Shown: positions 1 through 10,874, numbered from the stretch's first letter. The stretch: DNA of 18,766 bases from Ginkgo biloba (GCA_024626585.2 JANKJI020000002.1:259361319-259380084), one strand, 5' to 3'. A program made the numbers and translations. The notes: generated by a model not told the origin, from the sequence alone.

Positions 1-467
1 GGGCTCGCATGGGGTGGGTAGGGCCGAGCGGGTTGTCCAGTGCCTGGGCACCGTAGGGCCACAGGAGGAAGGCACCCTGGGGGTGCAGGGAAGGAGCAGA
101 GCAGGGGGGGCACTGTGGGGGGCGTAGAGCAAACTAGGAGTCACAAGGAGGGGCACCCAAAGACGGAACAACCGATTGTTGCCTGCTGCACCTGATGGAC
201 CCCAAACGGAAACCTAAACAGAATGTGGAGACACCAAACTGTGGACGATTGCAATCTAGGAGCGCGTTGGAAAACACCCGGAGATAATCACTATAGTGAG
301 GAAGATAAAACTGCCCAAATGAAAACTGCCCAAGCAACTGAATTGCACAGTGAGAAACCACCTATGGAAACCATTGCTAGAAATTCGCCCAATCTTTCTA
401 ATGGATGAAACTGAAAACGATTTTGGAGGAAAACCACTAGTGAAGGTGAGTGGTTTTAGAAAACCAA

Positions 468-479
468 GCTTTGATACCA
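468..479 (-). promoter_or_regulatory. Primer-binding site (tRNA-iMet type) of a minus-strand LTR retrotransposon
   Basis: Minus strand reads ...CCACATCA-AT-TGGTATCAAAGC, one mismatch from the canonical plant iMet PBS TGGTATCAGAGC, 2 nt after the LTR-terminal CA. Confidence 0.85.
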
Positions 480-481
480 AT

Positions 482-823
482 TGATGTGGAATCACATCAA
501 TAAATACCTGATTTAACATGATCGAACCGGTTAGGTGAGAGAGATCCAAAGAGACAAACANNNNNNNNNNNNNNNNNNNNNNNNNNNNNNNGAAAACCAA
601 CTCAATTGCTTTTTATTAGAAAAAGCTCACTATTCATAAGTGAGGAAACAAAAGTGACTTCTGACCTTTACAAATGTGGGATATACCCTTTTAGGTGAAA
701 GTCCAAAAAGTGTATTTAACTTACACTACACTTTGGTGAACTATTAACTTAAGTGAAAATAAAGTGCAAATACATTAAAGTGAAAATACAGTAATGTACA
801 TGCTTTTACATGATAATTCATCA
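482..823 (-). mobile_element. 5' LTR (~342 bp) of a minus-strand LTR retrotransposon; internal leader continues to the window start (superfamily not determinable, Copia-like by size/PBS)
   Basis: TGATG...CATCA inverted termini, adjacent PBS, and an abrupt switch at 824 to a different LTR family. Contains a 31-N gap. Confidence 0.75.
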
Positions 824-1381
824 GATTGTGCCCAATAATAGGCATAATTAGGGGTTTGTCTGGGTTGAAGCAACTCCTAAGATATCATATTGTTCCTGTT
901 TGTAAGATGTTCTTTCTCTCTTAGCTATATTCTACATTTTGGCTAAATAACTCTAACCATAGAAGTCATCATTTATTTGCTCCTAATACTTTCCTCATAT
1001 TTGGATTTAGGCCATTAGCATTATAGCAACTTTGAGTGCAATATTTTACAATATAAGTACTCATATCTCTTTCTTGGAGGAAGGTGACCTCATTGGAGAT
1101 GTTTGTTTGGCATTTTGCAACCTTTTGGAGACTAGAAAACCCCCAAAACAAGTCGCAGGGCTTCCTTAGTGTCTGTTTTTTACAAGTGGATTGCGTTCTA
1201 TTTTGTCCTTGAAGTAAGTCGCTGAACTTGGACAAGTAGGACTGAGGTGTTTTACGTTAAGGAGGTATTCTAGGTCATGAACCTTGACATTCTATTTGGG
1301 TAAATTCTTATATTTGTAAGTATTCTTTGAATTGTAGCACTTTGTTATTTCCAAAGTAAATAAATTAACATAATTAGTACA
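824..1381 (+). mobile_element. LTR fragment (TATA/R/U5 part), same family as 13738-14207; interrupted at 824 by the element to its left
   Basis: Collinear matches: gttgaagcaactcctaagatatcat vs gttcaagcaatccctaagacatcat; ttttggctaaataactctaaccatagaagtc vs ttttggctagaagaactcaaccatagaagtc; cccccaaaacaagtcgcagggcttcct vs cccccaaaagaagttgcatgccttcct. Right end approximate. Confidence 0.7.
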
Positions 1382-1595
1382 GTTTTAGAATAAAATTATA
1401 TTTTGTAGGTTTATTATGTTTATGCCAAGGATTGAAGCCCTAATATTGGGTGTTGTAAATTCCTTGGGGCAGGGCGCCCTTAGGCATAAGGTCTCATTTA
1501 TTATGTTTTAAGGCAATTATGGTACACTAATGAATTTATTTTCATTTATTCATGCCTTAGTATAAGTTCTAAAATTTTCCCTACCTGTGTTGCAT

Positions 1596-2012
1596 AAACC
1601 TTAGCGACTTTATCTAAGGTAGTTATGGCTCCAACTAGAGACCTTCCAAGGGCTTGAAAGACTTTATGTAACGTGCTTCTCTTTGAGGGTTCTTTTTAGC
1701 CCTAGCATGCATTAATGAGGGCTACTAATAGTGGGCATTTATTGCCTCTCAAATAGATGGATGTCTATGCTTCTTTTCTACCAGTTATAAATATTGGTGT
1801 AGCTATAGGGTTTATGGCTATTGGTGTAGTCATAGGTTGGAAGGCTATTGGTGTACCCATGTCCCATGGTTTATTGGTGCAACCATGGTGATTTTGTACT
1901 AGTAGGATTTTCTGGTCTAGGGACTATTGGTGTAGCCTTGTGGTTTGAATGTCAAAAACCACAAAGTATTAATTAGGGATGAATATCTTAGCAATTAGGG
2001 TTTTCTTGATGC
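1596..2012 (+). repeat. Dispersed repeat segment (probably non-coding TE sequence) with a diverged inverted copy at 8404-8839
   Basis: aaaccttagcgactttatctaaggtagtta vs revcomp aaacctagtgactttgtctagggtagtta, plus further collinear blocks. Confidence 0.7.
1792..1937 (+). repeat. Degenerate ~27-bp tandem repeat (core TATTGGTGTAG), 5-6 units
   Basis: Core starts at 1792, 1819, 1846, 1872 and 1925; a degenerate unit lies near 1897. Confidence 0.75.
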
Positions 2013-2173
2013 CAAAAAGGGGTCTAAATGACCTAGGCCTGTCATCCTTGAATAAGTAGGGTTAAGGGATCGAGCCTAACATATCTTCAATAGCTTGTAG
2101 GCGCTGACTACTACATGAGGTTTGGTTACTTGCTTTATTCAATCCTACAAGCGGTCCCCATGGCCAACTAAAG

Positions 2174-2565
2174 GTAGTTGGGACCCTAGCTGCAAATCCA
2201 CCTTGATCTAATAATTTTTCCTACTACTAGCCTTAAAACTAACACTATTGATTATCAAGTACCATAAATTATCCTCTTCAAATACACCTTGATCTAATAG
2301 TTTTACTTTGACTTTCTTAAGAGGAGGAATGTGTCTGAGAAAATCNNNNNNNNNNNNNNNNNNNNNNNNNNNNNNNNNNNNNNNNNNNNNNNNNNNNNNN
2401 NNNNNNNNNNNNNNNNNNNNNNNNNNNNNNNNNNNNNNNNNNNNNACACTCTCCTTGGACAACAGAGAGTAGTTGGGACCCTAATTGCAAGCCAACCCTA
2501 GTTTGATAGTCCTTCGTATTGCTAACTTAAAAACTAACACTAATTATTGATAAATACCACAAATT
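2174..2565 (+). repeat. Diverged ~97-bp direct repeat (2174-2270 and 2469-2565) on either side of a 100-N gap
   Basis: Both copies read gtagttgggacccta..tgcaa...aaaactaacacta...tacca.aaatt. Confidence 0.7.
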
Positions 2566-2749
2566 AACAAGTTTAAATGTTTGTTTTGTATGGGCCTTTA
2601 TCACAATATTTATATATGGTTATTTTTCAGTGCTAAATGCATGACTAGAGTTGCCTCACTCTAATGCATTTCTAAGCTTTGTTGCAATTCTAATCTCTTT
2701 GTTTTGCGGGTTCGAGTAAGGGTGGGCTATTGTAGAGGTTTTAGAGTTC

Positions 2750-3772
2750 GGAGGAGATTTGATTCTAAGGATGCAATTTTGAAATAATTGCAAGCTGAAA
2801 TGCAACTCATTGCGGGTTGAATTTGAAGAATGGAAGGAAAGAAAACAGGAGCCGATGCTAACCTACTCCTGTAGGAGAGAACAGGAACAGATGGAAGTCG
2901 TTGAGGAAGTCCCTGTTAAGGTTGTTGAGGAGGAAGACATGTTTCCTTGGGAACAACTTGAAGAGGAGCCTTTATAGCATGCAGAAGGATCATACGATAA
3001 CCAAGACCCTAAGCACAAAAGGAGTTGACAGGTTTGGAAACTGCTTCAATCCACTAAGCAAATGAAGAATGTGTAGATACCTGACTTTGATGGAAAGAAT
3101 ATTGGANNNNNNNNNNNNNNNACATTCTTCACTTCCCTTGAGATTTTAGAAAAATATAAAATTCCTATTGTTAATTTTGCACTCAATGGACCTACCAAAG
3201 AGGGGTGGAATGGTGTTCTTACGGTGGTGGCTGTTGGCATGAGGTTGAAAGGTGTCTTCATGGGATGAAATGAAGGAGATTATGTTGAAGAAATATGCAT
3301 CGCAAAATGATTTATATAAGGCCTATAGTTAGTTATTGGTAATTAAGCAATCATGTACTGTGCAAGAATTTAGTAATAAATTTGATCTTTTGATTGCTAC
3401 ACTGACTCTTTTACCTATGCCATTTAGAGTATATCACTTTGTGCATGGTCTTGAGCCTCACATTAGATAGAGCATAGCGGTGACAAGGCCTCAAACAATG
3501 TAGGAGGCAACTAATGTTGCTTTGCAAGTAGACACTACCCATAATAGCTAGGTTGACTTGTCTAAGGAGTCATTCCAAGACAAGAAAGACTCCTTGGATT
3601 CCAAGAAGTCTTTCTTCAAGTTAGGAAAGAAACCTTTCATCAAGAAGAAGTTTTCCCCGATTAGTCATCTTAACAACCCTCACAGGACAAGGATAAGGGA
3701 AAATTTGAGGATAAATGTCAACATCAACAAAATCCATTGGTCAAATGTTTTGAATGCAAAGGTAATCATTTT
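2750..3772 (+). pseudogene. gag: Ty3/gypsy gag pseudogene (Retrotrans_gag capsid plus first part of the zinc knuckle)
   Basis: Manual translation: IPDFDGKN(gap)...KIPIVNFALNGPTKEGW...SWDEMKEIMLKKY...LLVIKQSCTVQEFSNKFDLL...FVHGLEPHIR*SIAVTRPQTM*EATNVALQVD...VKCFECKGNHF. Has stops and frameshifts; start approximate. Confidence 0.85.
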
Positions 3773-5201
3773 TGTTAGATTTGGTTTACAAACATGTGAG
3801 GAAATCGATTAACTATAGTAGAAATCATAAGTAATTACTGAGAACATTTGACACACAAATGTTGGGTACTATGTACCCTTAAAACTCAGATGATATATTC
3901 ACAAAGAATAAAGTAATATATATAGAGATTCTAATGAACTCATGACTGCCATATGTACAACATGCACAGGCTTGCCAAATTAGCAAAAAGCAAAAGCTAA
4001 AGTAAACCAAAGCAAAAGCTAGACAGCTTAACTTGCCATATACATAAAGAAAGTACAACCAATGTACAACTAATATGACAAGCGATATGTGGCGAACATT
4101 ACTATCCAACACTAGCAACCAATAACCAGTAAGAGGAAAGAACACAAGTACGCAGTAAGAACTCAGCATAGGAAGCAGAAAAAACAGCTGCTAGACTAAT
4201 TAAAAAGGATACATGTAATGTTATATGATTGATATTGGAAAGGGACATGATTAAAAAAGGTCAAGTTGTGCGACAAAAAACAAATCTACAACAGAAAATA
4301 TTGGAAAAATGACAGAGTGGAATTATGTCTGATGACCTATGGTCACCAAGACTTGCATAAAAGAAAAGTTTAAGCAAACGAATATACGTGGTTAGTTCTA
4401 GCAGGTTGTGGATAGAAAACCCACCCAATATAATGGAAGCAAGTTCAAAATGGTGTCAATGCACCAACAAGAGAGGAGCAGGAAAAAGTTAAGCAATTGA
4501 GTCAGCAGACAGATTATGATTGAGCACCTTTGACAGCATGACTTGAGCTAGAACACTAGAGGATTGTGTCTTGCTAGATGTGTGCCTAGTAGATTGTACC
4601 CTGAAGAAGACAAAATGAGTTAGCAGATAGATTATGATCATGTCCAATCTACCAAGAACAGAATAATGGTTAAGTAGCAAAACATCTATATCAGTTGCTA
4701 GCAAGTGTATCCACACTGCCGATCGCTAGTCTAGTGGCAATGAAAATACACTCTAGTCACAATGTTTAAACTCTGGTTACAAGCTAAAAATGGGATTTAA
4801 TGTGGATCCATTTTCATCTATTGTGATAGTATAATAAAAAAATGTTTGTAATAAGTGAAAAAAAGTCATTAAGAATGGACATGTTGCAATTAAGGAGGCA
4901 ATCAATTCCTTCCATGCTATTTCATGCCATGATTATAAACATTTGGAGAATCAAGCATATTAACAAGATCGTATTAAAGAGAAGAGCCCAGCCTAAAGGA
5001 GTTTGAAAGGGGGGTGCCATGTNNNNNNNNNNNNNNNNNNNNNNNNNNNNNNNNNNNNNNNNNNNNNNNNNNNNNNNNNNNNNNNNNNNNNNNNNNNNNN
5101 NNNNNNNNNNNNNNNNNNNNNNCCATATACATAATAAAGAAAGTACAATTTATGTACAACTAATATGACAAGTGTCACATGGCGAACATTACTATCCAAT
5201 A
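3773..5201. mobile_element. Nested LTR-type insertion inside the gag zinc knuckle, flanked by TSD ATTTT
   Basis: ATTTT at 3768-3772 and 5202-5206; termini TGTTAGAT...ATCCAATA; 4036-4111 repeated at 5123-5201 as expected for LTR ends. Spans a 100-N gap, so the true length is unknown. Confidence 0.65.
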
Positions 5202-5349
5202 ATTTTTGATAGAGTTGCTCACATCTTAAGAAGGGAAATAATGCTCCACAAAGTTAGAAGACCATTGCAGTTGTTTGCAAAGAGAAGAGATCTTGCAAGA
5301 TACTTCCTCAAATGGTAATCCTAAGACCTTTTGAACAGTTTCATGATGT

Positions 5350-5660
5350 TAAATTATCTGTGATGAAGGGAAAAATTGATTGGCAAGATGACTTATATTG
5401 GAAGACGAGGGATGCACACAATTTTGTTTTGAAGATTTTGTTGAGAAAGCCAATCTTAGAACTCAAGAGGCACCTTGTGTGTATGAAGTTGAGCTAGATG
5501 ATGACAAGGAGGCCTAATCATGGGAAGAGTTTGGTGCCAAGGTCCTTGGACTCCCTACTGTGACATAGGATTATGAGGACCTTCTTGATTTTGACATGAT
5601 GAAGATTTGGCAGGTATGATGCCATTTTGAGGTAAAAGGGCTTTGGCAATATGACATCTA
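5350..5660 (+). pseudogene. Retropepsin-type aspartic protease pseudogene
   Basis: With frameshifts: MKGKID..QD..ILEDEGCT/HNF (LIDSGSTHNF-like active site), EDFVEKANL...YEVEL, DFDMMK..RYDAIL. Confidence 0.75.
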
Positions 5661-5863
5661 TATTTTGCCCATAGACCATATCTTGGATTTTCATAAAGGT
5701 AAAAAATTGATGCTGTTTAGTGATTACGTTGATAATAAAATCCCCTTGGTCCTTGCTGTGTAGTTGGATTTGCAAGAAAGACAAATAGTCAAACCTTTGG
5801 TCGATTTTTGAGAGAGAGGTTCAACATGTTGAGAAGAAGGAAAAGGAATTTCCTTAAAACATG

Positions 5864-6671
5864 ACCACTTTGCTTGTAGAATATGCAGGTGTGTTTCTAG
5901 GTGAGCTTCCCAAGTAGTTGGCAGTTGAGCTAGAAGTGGGACACCAAATTGAGTTGGCTAAAGGGTCAAGACCTACCTATAGGTTTCCCGATAGGCTAAG
6001 CCATGCAAAAAGAGATGTGGTTGAAAAACATATTCAGGAGTTGTTGGATCAAGGTTGTATAAGGCCCTCTAATGGCACACTAATGTTGCTTGTGAAGAAA
6101 AAGGATGGATTGATGAGGATGTGTGTGGACTATTGCACTTTGAATAAAGTGATAATCAAGGACAAATATCCTCTTCCCAAGATTGATGACATTGTAGATA
6201 CCATGAAAGGAGCCACTATTTCTCCAAGATGAACTTGAGGAGCGACTCGCATCATATTTGGATTCATCCTAAGGACATGGAGAAGGCCACATTCACCACT
6301 AGAGATGGGCACTATGAGTACTTGATTATGCCTTTCAGATTGACTAATACTTGAGCCACATTTACTAGATTGATGAATAATGTATTTAAACCTTACTTGG
6401 GTAAATTTGTGGTTGTGTTCTTGGATGACATTATGATTTATAACAGGTCCAAGGATGAGCACAAGGAGCATTTGGTGCTAGTTTTAGACATCTTGAGAAA
6501 GGAGAAGTTTTATGCAAAGCTCTCAAAAGGGTGAGTACCTTGGTCACATTGTTTCAGTAGAGGGGATTTCAATTGATTTGATGAAAATCAAACTGGTCCA
6601 AGAGTTGAGGACATCGTCTAACATGCATGAGGTGAGTTCTCTTGGTTTAGCTAGTTTTTATTGGAGGTTTC
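5864..6671 (+). pseudogene. pol: Ty3/gypsy reverse transcriptase pseudogene (chromovirus-like), truncated by an insertion before RNase H
   Basis: HQIEL...[13 protein letters not shown]...[18 protein letters not shown]...[11 protein letters not shown]; after a frameshift GHYEYLIMPF.LTN...[12 protein letters not shown] (FLDD at 6418-6429)...EYLGHIVS..GI...LGLASFYWRF. Confidence 0.93.
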
Positions 6672-6899
6672 TATTGGAATAATAAATGTTTATTTATTGT
6701 ACCCTAATGTTTTATCTATTGTATATTAATGTCCCATGGTGTAATTGATTATGTAAATAATCATGTGATTAATTATGTAAATTAATACTAACTTTCGAAG
6801 GAAGTTATTGGTGGTTATTCGTAGGGACGTCATTAAATAGACCCCCGTACCCATTGAATCATCAATTCAGTTCAGTTTGTGAGATTAAAATATAATAAA
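6672..6899 (+). mobile_element. Probable LTR fragment inserted into pol
   Basis: Coding homology stops abruptly at TATTGGAATAAT (a decayed TGTTGG LTR start), followed by AT-rich non-coding sequence up to a 100-N gap. Confidence 0.5.
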
Positions 6900-8000
6900 N
6901 NNNNNNNNNNNNNNNNNNNNNNNNNNNNNNNNNNNNNNNNNNNNNNNNNNNNNNNNNNNNNNNNNNNNNNNNNNNNNNNNNNNNNNNNNNNNNNNNNNNT
7001 TGACTGTTGTATGATGGTCCTGTTAAATATGTCATGTTTAATTAAGTTGTTTTGTATATCTTAATTTATGGATGTATATTGACCTTTTAAATGCATTACT
7101 CCACAGTTTAATGTCCCCAGGCCTTGCATTTGCAATGCTCTGGACCTTGACCTTGCTTGTGTGGTATGAGTTTCGTACTGTCATTATCATTTGTTGCTGC
7201 TCTCTCAGCAATGCTGTTTCTTGAATTCTTTCTCTCGGTGATGTTTTAGGCTATTTTCTATCTGGGCATAGTGTGTGAAGTGAGCAGTCATCCTTGCTTG
7301 CTTGAGCAGTACACCTCAAACAATGTTGTGGTTGCCTCTATCATTAGTAAACATCATGAACTAATCACTAACAATGAGCTGACTATTCTTCTCAACATCA
7401 CTAAATTTCATGACCTCAAACATTTTCATGATAAAAGGCCTGTTGGTTTGATTAGATGCTTTCAGTATTAATATTTCTGGGTATGTGGAGTTGACCAGGT
7501 CCAGCACATTGTATGTTGTGATTATATCATCCTGGATGCAATGGCCTTATATATTGTTTTCTTCAGCCGCAATATTGAAGCAATAGGCACTTCATCATCT
7601 GTCCAAGTTTTTAATAACAATATTGGGTGTAACAGCCCGCCCATATACTTGTACACTTGGATATTTTGTTTTCATAAAAGATCTCCTTAATGGCATATGA
7701 TTTATCTCAATATTTTAAATATGTCAATTTTCAATGTTTATTTGTACTTATCCATGACACATGCCATTAATAACTTTTCACAAACACTACAGCACATGCA
7801 AACATTGTGTTTAAACGATATTCATGACATACACATGTATCCATTCTTAATGATGCCACACTGAATGGTAATTTATGATACATTCTCACATACATAACAA
7901 GTATTCATTTTATAATGTATCATATGGGTGTAGGGTGAGGTCATAAGGTAGAGTTGTTAGTTAACACAAATCCACTTATTAAACTTGTGATGAATATGCA

Positions 8001-8046
8001 ATAACAAAGAGAAAAACAAGGCCGATAACAAAGAGAAAAACAAGGC
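8001..8046 (+). repeat. Perfect 22-bp direct duplication (period 24)
   Basis: ataacaaagagaaaaacaaggc at 8001 and 8025. Confidence 0.9.
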
Positions 8047-8403
8047 AACTTATATTAAGTAAACAGAATGTGAAACCAACCATAAATATGCAATGCGGTT
8101 AGTACACCAAAGTAATTATTTAACTATATTAATTTATGGTTGTAGAAAATAAATCCCATTAACTTAAAGGTTTTACTCAAGGGAACTATTTGACCAATAT
8201 TGACTTGTACTAAGGACTCTAATTACCTATTGTTGGCAATGGGGACTGTGTATAAAGGATTACAAATGAAAACAACCAAACCTATGGTATGAAACACGTT
8301 AACCATCAGTGCTTAGCAACTACTACCAATCTGTTAGAATCTGCACCACAACCCGACACTTAGTAAGGGTTTCAATTGTAGGTCTCTTATCAACTGCTCT
8401 TCA

Positions 8404-8839
8404 GCACAAGGATAACCCTAAAAAGCTAATGTATCCACCCTTACTTGTGGTTATTTAATTATTTTAATTTTGAGTATCATAAAACCCTTGGCGCTACAAC
8501 AATAAACCTAGACAAGAAATATGTCAGTCACCCCTATGGTTATAACGATAGTCCATAGGCCTTATGGATGCAACAAGAAACCATAAACCCTACAAATGAA
8601 CCAATAGATTGTATCCCTACAAATTCATCAACATCCTTTAGAAAAATGGTAAGAGGATCAACATGAGAAACAACTCAACCTTCTTAGGGGCCACCAAACC
8701 TCTACTCCCAATAAGCCCAAAAATATGAATGCTAGGGAAAAAATGAATCCTCATAGAGAGGAACCCTTTGTTAGGGACTCAAATCCCCTAGTAAGTTCTA
8801 GGTAAATACTTAACTACCCTAGACAAAGTCACTAGGTTT
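8404..8839 (-). repeat. Inverted diverged copy of the 1596-2012 repeat
   Basis: Revcomp of 8581-8606 is tattggttcatttgtagggtttatgg vs tattggtgtagctatagggtttatgg at 1792; other blocks are collinear. Confidence 0.7.
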
Positions 8840-8952
8840 TTTTGTAGTGAAANNNNNNNNNNNNNNNNNNNNNNNNNNNNNNNNNNNNNNNNNNNNNNNN
8901 NNNNNNNNNNNNNNNNNNNNNNNNNNNNNNNNNNNNNNNNNNNNNNNNNNNN

Positions 8953-10044
8953 ATAGGTGGCAATGCATTCCTTTAGTTTTTCCTTTGTGTTTTGGGTATT
9001 GTCGTGGAGGGTCACCAGAAGACCTCTGATAGCATATATTTTGGGTACCTTTGCTGTAATAACCTCCATGCATGCCTTGTTGTGAGATTTTTTGTTGTCT
9101 TTGGTTATAAAAACAATTCTTTGTATAGTGTTAGTGCATTTTGCAAATATCACACCTTTGCCCAAGGATTGGGATGTTCATGTCTTCTTAGTGTTCATTT
9201 TGCAGATGGCCTTGTTGATTGCATGGTGGGTGGTGCCATAGATCCAGATGCATATTAGAATTCTCATGTCTTAGTTTGGCAATTTTGGCTCTCAAAGTTT
9301 CTACTATCAAATCTTTTTGTTGTTTTTGTCATTTGAGTGTCGCTAATTTGTGTTGTAACCATTCAATTTCAGGGTCTGGGGTCATGCCGTATAACTTGTG
9401 GTGTGTAGGTATGTTGTATTTGCAACTTGGCTCTCGAAAGCCATTGCTAAATTTCATGCTTCTCGATAACTTTGCATAAGGTGCATGCAAATTGAGTTTT
9501 GAACATATGGAAGAAGACCCTGAATGAATGTTTTAAGGAGATGTGGTGGGGAAGGTTGGTCCCCTTGTCGAAATTTGTTCAAGAGAACTTGCATACATTT
9601 GTTGTAATCTTTGATAGATTCTTCGTGCACCTGCCTTATTTCTTCGAGAGCTTGTATAAGTGTAAGCAGATCACGTATCTTCTGAAATCAATCTAGGAAG
9701 AGTGTTTGAATGTTGTCTCATGTTGGATTGTTAATGGTAATATATTGATATAAGGCAATAGTTGGTTTGAAAAGTGTGTTGAAAAATCAAGACTTAATTT
9801 CACGCTCATTGGTGATATTTTTTATTTGCAAAATGTTTTTGAAAAGAGCTAGGTGATCAATTGGTTCCCCGATCCCATCCTAACATAGTCTTGCGAATGC
9901 ATGGTCCTTCTAGACCAGAATATATGGTTGTTGGGTGTTATGGCCATGAGGCCTATTAGAAGCTTGATTTTGATTGGTCAAATCGCTAAATAAGGCGTTT
10001 AGTTGAATGGAAAATGGTGTCATTGGTGTTGGTGGCCTGTCCAT
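8953..10044 (-). pseudogene. gag: Ty3/gypsy gag pseudogene with multiple CCHC zinc knuckles
   Basis: Minus translation: DGIGEPIDHLALF...PT*DNIQTLFLD*F...ALEEIRQVHEESIKDYN...FIQGLLPYVQ...CNQQGHLQNE...CDICKMH*HYTKNC (9154-9113)...GMHCHL(gap). Confidence 0.85.
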
Positions 10045-10874
10045 AAATGATCCTAACTTAAATCTTGAGATGCTACATCAAATTTATTTAATGGACGATG
10101 ACTAGTAGGTGTCAGAGTANNNNNNNNNNNNNNNNNNNNNNNNNNNNNNNNNNNNNNNNNNNNNNNNNNNNNNNNNNNNNNNNNNNNNNNNNNNNNNNNN
10201 NNNNNNNNNNNNNNNNNNNNNNNNNNNNNNNNNNNNNNNNNNNNNNNNNNNNNNNNNNNNNNNNNNNNNNNNNNNNNNNNNNNNNNNNNNNNNNNNNNNN
10301 NNNNNNNNNNNNNNNNNNNNNNNNNNNNNNNNNNNNNNNNNNNNNNNNNNNNNNNNNNNNNNNNNNNNNNNNNNNNNNNNNNNNNNNNNNNNNNNNNNNN
10401 NNNNNNNNNNNNNNNNNNNNNNNNNNNNNNNNNNNNNNNNNNNNNNNNNNNNNNNNNNNNNNNNNNNNNNNNNNNNNNNNNNNNNNNNNNNNNNNNNNNN
10501 NNNNNNNNNNNNNNNNNNNNNNNNNNNNNNNNNNNNNNNNNNNNNNNNNNNNNNNNNNNNNNNNNNNNNNNNNNNNNNNNNNNNNNNNNNNNNNNNNNNN
10601 NNNNNNNNNNNNNNNNNNNNNNNNNNNNNNNNNNNNNNNNNNNNNNNNNNNNNNNNNNNNNNNNNNNNNNNNNNNNNNNNNNNNNNNNNNNNNNNNNNNN
10701 NNNNNNNNNNNNNNNNNNNNNNNNNNNNNNNNNNNNNNNNCTGCTCCCACATGAGCAGTCCACTGTTGTTTTCTCTTTTCAATAAAGTGTCCATTGTTAC
10801 AGCAGACAGAGTTCAGAACACCCATTGTGAAACCAGAGATTCTGAGGTTCTCAGCATCCCACAGGGGGATGCAT

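Noticed and set aside
6130-6471. 113-aa minus-strand ORF (and the similar 14468-14785)
   Set aside because: Antisense shadows of the RT and integrase coding sequences.
10863-10870. AGGGGGA as a plus-strand PPT for the 1.6-kb LTR
   Set aside because: It is about 22 bp from the best LTR terminus (10892), whereas the PBS-like sequence is 1 nt from it. Not fully excluded.
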